From: an uncultured bacterium
GTDB taxonomy: Bacteria; Verrucomicrobiota; Verrucomicrobiia; Verrucomicrobiales; DEV007
DNA: 64,000 bases
Assembly (NCBI GenBank): GCA_963977015.1
Contig: CAXBMO010000022.1
Location: 1-64,000, forward strand
Direction: 5' to 3'
How positions within the stretch are numbered: position 1 is the first letter of the stretch; each line of letters starts with the position of its first letter. The position numbers and the translations under genes are program-made. Below the pieces are notes generated by a model, which had not been told where the DNA came from, made no database searches, and was given only the letters and a program-made list of their open reading frames with translations. Below are positions 38,824 through 46,531 of this stretch, one piece after another.

Positions 38824-39369
38824 ATGCATCGCCAACCACTCCTCGATTTGATCCAGCGGTATGACGCACGTTTTCCGGAAGAAACGGAAACCGTTACCCG
38901 GTTTCGGGAGTTTGTGGAAGAGAACCCGGAGTGCTTTGAGCGCGAGTTGGAGATTGGCCACATCACCGGTGCGGCCTGGTTGATCGACGCCGCCGGTGAA
39001 CAGGTCCTTCTCACCCATCATCGCAAGCTCGATATCTGGATTCAGTTGGGCGGCCACGCGGATGGTGATCCCGACACACTAAACGTCGCCATGCGCGAGG
39101 CGGAAGAAGAGTCGGGACTCGATCAGATTATCCCGATTGATCGTGAAATTTTCGATCTCGATATCCATCCCATTCCAGCGCGGAAGAATGAGCCCGGCCA
39201 TCTGCACTTCGACGTTCGCTTTGCCCTTCAACATCAGGGCGAGGGGAACTATGCCGTGAGCGATGAATCCCACGATCTGGCGTGGGTCCCCATCCAGGAA
39301 ATTGGGAAGTTTACCGAGGAAGCGTCGATTCAGCGAATGACGCGCAAATGGCTCTCGCGGGGAGCTTAG
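38824..39369 (+). CDS. NUDIX hydrolase
   Basis: GGHADGD...AMREAEEESGL Nudix box, GHITG, HLHFDVRF; start MHRQP. Confidence 0.92.
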   Translation: MHRQPLLDLIQRYDARFPEETETVTRFREFVEENPECFERELEIGHITGAAWLIDAAGEQVLLTHHRKLDIWIQLGGHADGDPDTLNVAMREAEEESGLDQIIPIDREIFDLDIHPIPARKNEPGHLHFDVRFALQHQGEGNYAVSDESHDLAWVPIQEIGKFTEEASIQRMTRKWLSRGA

Positions 39370-39386
39370 CCCCGCGCCACCTCGCC

Positions 39387-40052
39387 TTATCGGTTCTTTC
39401 GGGGGCGGACCAGCTTGCCGAAACGGCGGCTCCACTTTTTGACCGAAGCCTTGGCGTGGCCCATCCGCTGGATTCCCTGTGGCTGGAGCTTGCCGCCCTG
39501 TTTCTCGTCGACAATGGCGTAATAGCGCTCGCGGGTCACCGAATCGAGCAATTCGGCCTGCATGGCAGCGGAACCGGCACCGACGGATTTTCCACTCGCG
39601 ACTCCCACAACCGTGCTCGCCGTGCTGATGTAAGGCGCGTAGGTCGCTAGAAAGATGGCGGGTTTGCTGGCACGAGCATCCGTGATGGCGACACGAAGGG
39701 AGAGCGTGCTTTTTCCACGATGATCCACGATGTCGAGGGACTTGCCCAATTGGTTTTGAAGATTGGAGCGGAAGGCCTGAGTCAGCTCTTTCGCCTCAGC
39801 GGAAGTCACGTCTGTCTTTTTGGTTCCATTGGTGCTTCCAAGGAATCGGACATCCTCAATGTAGAGTTTGTCGTATTTCTGCAGGTCTTCGACATCCCCC
39901 TTATAAACTTGGGCTCCACTGAGAGGCCCCTGCTTATCCATCTTGGAGTAGGAAGACAAAAAGTCAGTCCGGTTTGGAGTAACGGTTTTGCAGGAAACCA
40001 TTCCGAACATGAGGAGGGGTAAAAGAAGAATAGAGAGGTGACTGCGACGCAT
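39387..40052 (-). CDS. DUF3313-like lipoprotein
   Basis: Lipobox MVSC; FLSSYS, LSLRVAIT, GSAAMQAELLDS. Confidence 0.8.
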   Translation of the reverse strand: MRRSHLSILLLPLLMFGMVSCKTVTPNRTDFLSSYSKMDKQGPLSGAQVYKGDVEDLQKYDKLYIEDVRFLGSTNGTKKTDVTSAEAKELTQAFRSNLQNQLGKSLDIVDHRGKSTLSLRVAITDARASKPAIFLATYAPYISTASTVVGVASGKSVGAGSAAMQAELLDSVTRERYYAIVDEKQGGKLQPQGIQRMGHAKASVKKWSRRFGKLVRPRKNR

Positions 40053-40303
40053 GCCGGTAGAATTACCATTTCACCAACGAAATCAACATGGAAATTATAG
40101 AAAGTTTTGTTTTGCTCATTAACAGAGAGGTAAGACCACCTCGTTTCTGTTAATTCTTTCCAGATCAGATTTTCATAATCGCGAAAATAATCTCCGAATG
40201 GCCTTCTCCCCAAAATGGAGTCTTTCTATCGCGATCGTCCCAACAGGATCTGATCGACCTCAATTCCCATCTGCTGGAGCGCTGACAATCCAGACCGATT
40301 GGA

Positions 40304-40912
40304 TCACTTTGAAACCGTGAGGTCTTTCACTTCCAGTTCTCCAAACGCGAATCCCACACTGAAATTACGCTTCGGCTCCGCATAGGTAACGTGTTCGACC
40401 TGGATCGGATCTTCGTCTCCAAATTTCACCGTCGCCGTTTTCCCCTCGATTGTCACTTTCACCTGAGTCCATTGGCCGTCGCTGAGTTTCCAGTCTGGGG
40501 CGACATGAGTTGCAATCGACTTCCTGTCTCCGTTTGGCGGAAAGGCACGGGAATTGCTCCCTTTCTCACTGGTCACAAGCCGAAAAACGTGCCCGCGTTC
40601 ACCGTTCAAGGTAAAGACAACCGTCTTGCAACCGCGGGGCCGAAACGCATAGCGCAACGTCGCATCCGTTGTCGGAAAGTCGTAAAAGATAATGGGCCCG
40701 TGATCCTTGTATTTTTTGTAGAGCGCGTCGTCCTGCGTGCATTTTGCGATTCCGTCCGCGATCTGCCAATCGCCGCGCTGGGCTCGCCGTTCAGCGACGT
40801 TGTCCAGGGCCGTGAACGAATCGGTGAAGAGCGGCTCAGCAGCGAGGTTGGCAGCGCTTGCCGCCACGGCAACAACCAGCGCGATTATCCGGCGGGGTTT
40901 GATTGGATTCAT
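40304..40912 (-). CDS. Secreted beta-sandwich protein (DUF1080/ConA-like)
   Basis: Signal peptide; LFTDSF, GDWQIADG, GQWTQVKVTIEG, terminal KDLTV. Confidence 0.6.
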   Translation of the reverse strand: MNPIKPRRIIALVVAVAASAANLAAEPLFTDSFTALDNVAERRAQRGDWQIADGIAKCTQDDALYKKYKDHGPIIFYDFPTTDATLRYAFRPRGCKTVVFTLNGERGHVFRLVTSEKGSNSRAFPPNGDRKSIATHVAPDWKLSDGQWTQVKVTIEGKTATVKFGDEDPIQVEHVTYAEPKRNFSVGFAFGELEVKDLTVSK

Positions 40913-40968
40913 TTGGCAAGGGAGCATCGACCATCCGATTTGTCGATCCCCCACAGCGCCCCCTCATC

Positions 40969-42987
40969 CTAAAAAGGCTGATAGCCGACTTTCCATTCCT
41001 CGACAAACTCCGCAGGAAAATCCTGGAGAAACCGCGACGGCTTTTGGATCACATTTCCAGTATGGGAATTTGGCCAGGTCAGCGGGTAGGTCAGATACAG
41101 TTCGTCCTTCGCGCGCGTCACCGCGACATAGAACAGTCGGCGCTCCTCTTCGAGACCATCGCCCCGATCATTTTCGCGATCCTCATCAAGAACTCGGGAA
41201 TTCGGCAACATCCCATCGGCCAACCAGACAACAAAGCAGGCTCGCCATTCCAAACCTTTTGCCTGATGAACACTGGAAAGCGTGACTTTCTCCGAGTCAG
41301 GTTCAGCCGGAGCATTGTCGGTATCGACGCCGGTGAGCAGGCTTAGCTGAGCCAGGAACTCCTCGATATCCTCGAAGTCTTTGCTGTATTGCATCAGCTG
41401 CTCAATGTCCTGACGCCGCGATTCATAGTTGGGATACTTGCTCCGGAGATAGTCTTCGTAGACCCCGCCAAGCACCGATTTGATCATTTCAGCCGGTTTG
41501 GCAGGCGCTCCGTCAGGAATCAGTTCGTCCAGGGTATAGGCCAGTTGCGCCCAATGTTCCTTTCCTTTGGCCGGGACTTTGAACTCCAACATGAACTCGG
41601 AGAAAGAATCGATTTCTTCCTCCTTCCCTCCGGTCTTTCCCCAATTCTTCCACAAATTATCGGCCGACTTGATGCCAATGCCCGGAAGCATCCGCACCAT
41701 CCGCTTGAACGCGACTTCGTCCTTTCGATTGGCCGCAAACTTCATGTAACAGGCAACGTCCTTGATGTGCGCCTGCTCAAAAAAACGAAGCCCGCTCGTG
41801 ATCTGAAAGGGAATCCCACGTTTCTGCAATTCCATCTGGACCTCCATCGAGTGGAAATGAGCCCGGTAGAGAATCGCGATCTCGTCGAGTTCGATTCCCT
41901 CATCGCGCAACTCCAAAACCCGTTGGGCCACGAATTGCGCCTGCTCACTGGGGCTGCTGAGCCGAACCAACGCCGGTCGCATTTTGCGCTCCGGCCTCGA
42001 CGCTTGCAGTTCCTTCTCGAATTGCTCGGTATTGGCCCGGATTGCGTGATTGGCGACGCTGAGGATCTCCGGCACGCTGCGATAGTTCGTTTCGATCTTG
42101 AACGTCTTTGCTCCCGGGTAACGCTTGGAAAACTTGAGGATGTTGCGGAAATTCGCCCCGCGCCAGGAATAGATGGACTGCGCGTCATCGCCCACCACCA
42201 TCAGATTTTTGTGACCACCGGCAAAGCAGTCGATCATCCGCGCCTGAATCGTGTTCGTGTCCTGATACTCATCCACCATCACGAATTGGAACTGTCTCCG
42301 GTAGAACTCGCGAAGATCTTCCTCCCTTTCCAGCAACTCCGTCGTCTTCACCAACAAATCATCAAAATCGACATTGTTGGTTTCCTTCTTCTTCGCTTCG
42401 TAGGCTTTCTGGATTCGGGCGATCGCGTCTCCAAGTTCCGCAAAATACGGGTAACGACGCTCGAGGACGGCCTGCAGCTTCGTATCGGTATTCAGGGAAA
42501 GGCTGAACATGTCGCCCAGCACATCAGGTTTCGGAAAACGAACCGCTTTTGGATCAACGTCACTCTCCGCGATCACCGTCGCCATCAGATCTTTCTGATC
42601 CTCACGATCCATGATCGAAAAATTGCGGGAAAACCCGGCTTTGTCCGCATGACGCCGCAGGATGCGATTTCCAATCGAGTGAAACGTTCCGCCCCAAAGA
42701 TCGCGGGTATCCAGCTTCAACAGATCTTCAACCCGTTCCAGCATCTCGCGAGCCGCCTTGTTCGTGAACGTGAGCAGCAGAATGTTTTTCGCGTCGATCC
42801 CATTGTCGAGCAGATACGCGACCCGATAAATCAGCGTCCGCGTCTTACCGCTGCCTGCGCCCGCAATGACCAACGCCGGCCCCGGCAAACTGGTAACCGC
42901 GGCGTATTGCTGCTCATTCAGTTCCGCAGCGTAATCGATCTGCGAACCGCCTGAATTTGGCGAGCCGGTTAAAGTGTAGTTTCGCAC
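40969..42987 (-). CDS. uvrD: ATP-dependent DNA helicase, UvrD/PcrA/Rep family
   Basis: AGAGSGKT, TFTNKAA, VDEYQD, GDDAQSIY, NYRS, HQAKGLE, EERRLFYVAVTRAK. Confidence 0.95.
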   Translation of the reverse strand: MRNYTLTGSPNSGGSQIDYAAELNEQQYAAVTSLPGPALVIAGAGSGKTRTLIYRVAYLLDNGIDAKNILLLTFTNKAAREMLERVEDLLKLDTRDLWGGTFHSIGNRILRRHADKAGFSRNFSIMDREDQKDLMATVIAESDVDPKAVRFPKPDVLGDMFSLSLNTDTKLQAVLERRYPYFAELGDAIARIQKAYEAKKKETNNVDFDDLLVKTTELLEREEDLREFYRRQFQFVMVDEYQDTNTIQARMIDCFAGGHKNLMVVGDDAQSIYSWRGANFRNILKFSKRYPGAKTFKIETNYRSVPEILSVANHAIRANTEQFEKELQASRPERKMRPALVRLSSPSEQAQFVAQRVLELRDEGIELDEIAILYRAHFHSMEVQMELQKRGIPFQITSGLRFFEQAHIKDVACYMKFAANRKDEVAFKRMVRMLPGIGIKSADNLWKNWGKTGGKEEEIDSFSEFMLEFKVPAKGKEHWAQLAYTLDELIPDGAPAKPAEMIKSVLGGVYEDYLRSKYPNYESRRQDIEQLMQYSKDFEDIEEFLAQLSLLTGVDTDNAPAEPDSEKVTLSSVHQAKGLEWRACFVVWLADGMLPNSRVLDEDRENDRGDGLEEERRLFYVAVTRAKDELYLTYPLTWPNSHTGNVIQKPSRFLQDFPAEFVEEWKVGYQPF

Positions 42988-42999
42988 GCGGTCAGGATA

Positions 43000-44748
43000 C
43001 TACTTTCCTTCAACTGAGCGAACGTGTTCGAGAAATTTGTTCGCTTCCTCTTTCACCACGGGTAGCAACATGTACATCCCGATCATGTTCGGGACGACCA
43101 TGGCGAAGATCAACGCGTCGGAGAGGTTGATGACGTTGTTGAGTTGCGCGGAGGCGCCGACCACCACCAACAGACAGAAAACGACTTTGTAGATCAACAC
43201 GCAGACGTCGGGTGCTTTTTCGTTCCCCGTAAGTCGCGCCAGGTATCGCACGCCCTGCTCTCCGTAGTAGGACCAGGAAATCATGGTGGAAAACGCAAAC
43301 AACAGAACGGCAATCGACAGCAATCTGGGGAACCATTCAATCGCGCTGGCAAAAGCCATGGAGGTCACCGGAATTCCGGACCGACTCTCGATCTGATCGG
43401 CTCTCACCCAACCCGACACTTCGGTCTCCTCGTAATCAGCCGAAATGAGACCAATCACTTCTTTCCATTCCTCAGTTTCACCGCTTTCCACCTCCCGGGT
43501 TCGCGAACCTTTGGTGTGGACAAATTGTCCCGCTTCCAGGGTTTGGACGACTTCCGGGTAAGCGGGGTCAGAAACCATGGGAGCCGAGTCCGCGCTGATT
43601 TCACCGCTGACCTGCCAGGTGCCAACGATCACGATCACGAGAGCTGTCATCGTGCAAACCACGACAGTATCGGTGAAAGGCTCGAGCAGGGCGACGAACC
43701 CTTCACTCGCCGGTTTGTCCGTTTTGACTGCGGAGTGGGCAATCGGCGCCGAGCCCAATCCAGCTTCGTTCGAAAATGCGGCGCGTTTGATGCCTTGAAT
43801 CAGAATCCCAACGAAGCCGCCCGCAATCGCCTGAGAACTGAACGCCCCGGCAAAAATGGTGGCAAATGCCCCGCCGACCTTGTCCAGGTTCATCGCGATA
43901 ATGATGAACGCGGTAATCATGTATCCGATGCACATGATCGGAACGAGCAGGGACGTGACCCGGGCAATCCAGACGATGCCGCCGATGATGACCGAGCCAA
44001 CCAGAACGGCGATCACCAGTCCAAAAATGACCGGAGACAACCCGGGTGCCCAGCTGCTCTCGAATTGGCTGAAAGCCTGGTTCGCTTGAAACATGTTTCC
44101 CGCCCCAAACGCCCCACCGATGACGAAAACCGCGAAAATGGCCGCCAAAACAGCGCCAAGGCCACCCAATCCACGTTCCTTCAACCCATCCCGGAGATAA
44201 TACATGCCCCCTCCCCTCACCTTTCCGTTCGGATCAATCCGGCGATACTTCACGCCCAACGTGCATTCGGCAAACTTGGTCGTCATCCCGAAAAGCCCCA
44301 TCAAAATCATCCAAAAGGTCGCTCCCGGTCCACCCAAGCCAATTGCGACGGCAACACCTGCGATGTTCCCCAGGCCAACGGTCGCCGAAAGCGCCGCGCT
44401 CAACGCCTGAAAGTGGGTAATTTCGCCGGGCGCATCTTTGGGAGTGTATTTTCCCGTGGCGGTTTTGATGGCAATGCCAAAGCCACGGAAATTGATAAAC
44501 CCGAAGTAGATCGTCAGGAAAATGGCGGTTCCCCCCAGAATGATCAAGACGATGGGGAGACTCTGTCCGGCAATTGGAATCGAAAAGAAGACTATTCCAC
44601 CGACAAAATCGGCAATCGGCCCCAGCCCCTTGTCGATTCCCAAACTGATCGTTTCGAGGATCCCCGGCTCCTGGGCGAAACTCCGCGGAGACATGAGAAT
44701 CGCGAAAAGGGCGATAAGGAAGATCGTTGGGTGGCGTAGCGATTTCAT
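43000..44748 (-). CDS. agcS: Alanine/glycine:cation symporter (AGCS family) with a loop insertion
   Basis: ATVGLGNIAGVA, GGPGATFW, FSNEAGLGSAPIAH, FAFSTMISWSYYG. Confidence 0.95.
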   Translation of the reverse strand: MKSLRHPTIFLIALFAILMSPRSFAQEPGILETISLGIDKGLGPIADFVGGIVFFSIPIAGQSLPIVLIILGGTAIFLTIYFGFINFRGFGIAIKTATGKYTPKDAPGEITHFQALSAALSATVGLGNIAGVAVAIGLGGPGATFWMILMGLFGMTTKFAECTLGVKYRRIDPNGKVRGGGMYYLRDGLKERGLGGLGAVLAAIFAVFVIGGAFGAGNMFQANQAFSQFESSWAPGLSPVIFGLVIAVLVGSVIIGGIVWIARVTSLLVPIMCIGYMITAFIIIAMNLDKVGGAFATIFAGAFSSQAIAGGFVGILIQGIKRAAFSNEAGLGSAPIAHSAVKTDKPASEGFVALLEPFTDTVVVCTMTALVIVIVGTWQVSGEISADSAPMVSDPAYPEVVQTLEAGQFVHTKGSRTREVESGETEEWKEVIGLISADYEETEVSGWVRADQIESRSGIPVTSMAFASAIEWFPRLLSIAVLLFAFSTMISWSYYGEQGVRYLARLTGNEKAPDVCVLIYKVVFCLLVVVGASAQLNNVINLSDALIFAMVVPNMIGMYMLLPVVKEEANKFLEHVRSVEGK

Positions 44749-44769
44749 ATGGACCAAGAAAGTTCGCGA

Positions 44770-44798
44770 ATCCTAAGGACTCACTTCCACCCTGACAA
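44770..44798 (-). promoter_or_regulatory. Sigma70-type promoter for the symporter
   Basis: TTGTCA-N17-TAGGAT on the minus strand, 21 nt before ATG 44748. Confidence 0.5.
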
Positions 44799-44915
44799 CC
44801 AGAAAAAAGGGCTCTTTCCGGGATGGCATTGCCCTTCCAACCTGTGCCTCAATCTGGGCGGCAATTCAGGTCAACGGTGCTTGATTAGCGCTCTGTCATC
44901 CCGGACTGTGTCCGA

Positions 44916-45359
44916 ATGGAATTGAGTCAATTCACAGACTACTCGCTGCGCGTCCTGATTTACGTGGCGGTTGAGTCAGAGCAGCGATCGTCAATCAAGG
45001 AGATCGCTTCTGCGTATGACATTTCCCAGAATCATCTCGTCAAGGTCGTCCACCATTTGTCGAAGCAGGGTTTCCTCGATACATTCCGGGGACGCGGAGG
45101 AGGAATCGCCCTGGCTCGAGCCCCGGAGACCATCAGCGTCGGCGAGGTGGTGCGAAAGTCGGAGAAGCTGGACTTGGTGGAATGCTTTTCCGCCAAATCC
45201 CGGAACTGTTGTTGCCTTGCCGGCCATTGCGAGCTTCAAATCGCTCTGACAAGGGCTAAAAATGCGTTTCTCGCCGAACTCGACAAGGTTTCGCTCTCCG
45301 ATCTGACGACGAAAAGAGAGCAGCTCGGCAAGCTTCTGAGAATCGGAGCCACGCCCTGA
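44916..45359 (+). CDS. nsrR: Rrf2 family NO-sensing regulator NsrR
   Basis: FTDYSLRVL with Asp8, ISQNHLVKVV, RGRGGG, C-terminal Cys cluster ECF...CCC...HC. Confidence 0.85.
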   Translation: MELSQFTDYSLRVLIYVAVESEQRSSIKEIASAYDISQNHLVKVVHHLSKQGFLDTFRGRGGGIALARAPETISVGEVVRKSEKLDLVECFSAKSRNCCCLAGHCELQIALTRAKNAFLAELDKVSLSDLTTKREQLGKLLRIGATP

Positions 45360-45396
45360 TCCAAGGGGTCACCCAGGGAAGAAATGGTCAGAGGGG

Positions 45397-45428
45397 TTGA
45401 CAAAAGATGTACTAAAGATACAGCTTTT
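45397..45428 (+). promoter_or_regulatory. TTGACA promoter overlapped by an NsrR box
   Basis: TTGACA (45397-45402) followed by AAAGATGTAC-TAAAG-ATACAGCTTTT; core GATGTAC-N5-ATACAGC matches gATGyAT-N5-ATrCATc at 12/14. Confidence 0.75.
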
Positions 45429-45460
45429 GGTCACCTTATTCAAACTAACATAGCAATCCA

Positions 45461-45964
45461 ATGCGCCAACCATTCCCAAAACTCCTCGTCCTTGCTCTTT
45501 CCCTTCTTTTTTCGTCAGCCGTTGCCCAAGCCGAGGAGCCAGGCAAACAGGCCGAAAAAGACACCGCTAACCAATCAACTTCGGCGACGATTTATGAACG
45601 AATCGGCGGTACCGCCGCAATCGACGCAGCCGTCGATCGATTTTACGAGAAGATCCTGGCGGACGACCGGGTGAACCACTTTTTCGAGGATGTGAACATG
45701 AGCCGCCAGATTGCGAAGCAGAAAGCCTTTCTCGCCGCCGCATTCGGAGGACCGGTGCCTTATGAGGGCAAAGATTTACGCCAGGCCCACGCTACTCTCG
45801 ACCTGACCGACCAGGATTTCGACGCCATTGCCGAGCATCTCCACTCCACCCTTACGGAATTGAAAGTCGATGGAAAGCTGGTTTCAGAGGTGATGACGCT
45901 GCTCGAATCAACGCGGGCCGCCGTGCTGAACCGGCCCGAGACAACGCAGGTGTCCGGCGAGTAG
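45461..45964 (+). CDS. glbN: Group I truncated hemoglobin (HbN-like) with a Sec signal peptide
   Basis: IYERIGG, RFYEKILADDRVNHFF (TyrB10, PheCD1), QIAKQ, YEGKDLRQAH (HisF8); N-terminal signal ending AQA. Confidence 0.92.
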   Translation: MRQPFPKLLVLALSLLFSSAVAQAEEPGKQAEKDTANQSTSATIYERIGGTAAIDAAVDRFYEKILADDRVNHFFEDVNMSRQIAKQKAFLAAAFGGPVPYEGKDLRQAHATLDLTDQDFDAIAEHLHSTLTELKVDGKLVSEVMTLLESTRAAVLNRPETTQVSGE

Positions 45965-45982
45965 CTCCCAACGACTCCAACC

Positions 45983-46528
45983 ATGAAACCCCACTCCTTC
46001 TTTTCAACGGCCGCCCCCGCAGCGTTGCTCCTGATCCTGGTGAGCGTATTGGGCGCGCAGGAACCGAACCGCGCTACGCCGAAGGCTGGCGTAAGCGTGG
46101 ATGAAGCCCGCCGGCAGGCGCGGCTGCTGCACGAAGCACTGCACGGCGCTCTTCAGGTCATGCACCGCGATTTTTTCGATCCGGATGAACGGGATCGCAT
46201 TCCATCGGCCTCGCTCGAAGATGTTTTCGAAGTCATGGCCAAAGAGCGAGGCATCAAGCTGAGCTGGATGGGCGTCAATGCGACCATGGACGACGCGCAT
46301 GAACCAACCACCCCCTTCGAGAAATCGGCGGCGCAGAAGCTGGAAAAAGGGAGCCCGGAAGTCGAAACGGTCGACAATGGCTGGTTCCGTTTCGTCGGAG
46401 CCGTTCAACTTCACAACCAATGTTTAAAGTGTCATGTGCCTTATCGAACCAGTCTGGAAGACCGGGTGGCGGGGCTGAAAATCGAAATCCCGATCGCTGA
46501 CAGCCAAAGGAAAACCGAGCCGAACTAA
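45983..46528 (+). CDS. Exported c-type heme protein, DUF3365/Tll0287-like
   Basis: Signal peptide; HEPTTPFE; single CLKCH near the C-terminus followed by AGLKIEIP. Confidence 0.8.
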   Translation: MKPHSFFSTAAPAALLLILVSVLGAQEPNRATPKAGVSVDEARRQARLLHEALHGALQVMHRDFFDPDERDRIPSASLEDVFEVMAKERGIKLSWMGVNATMDDAHEPTTPFEKSAAQKLEKGSPEVETVDNGWFRFVGAVQLHNQCLKCHVPYRTSLEDRVAGLKIEIPIADSQRKTEPN

Positions 46529-46531
46529 ACG

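Noticed and set aside
36757-39369. Apparent long overlaps among the aminopeptidase, EamA and NUDIX ORFs in the ORF track
   Set aside because: Artefact of longest-ORF starts; resolved by starts at 37749, 38798 and 38824
34643-42987. ycaQ, NUDIX and uvrD as a DNA-repair or defence island
   Set aside because: Different strands, separated by unrelated genes, and no shared regulatory motif seen
41389-44739. 521-aa and 531-aa plus-strand ORFs
   Set aside because: Antisense shadows of uvrD and the AGCS symporter
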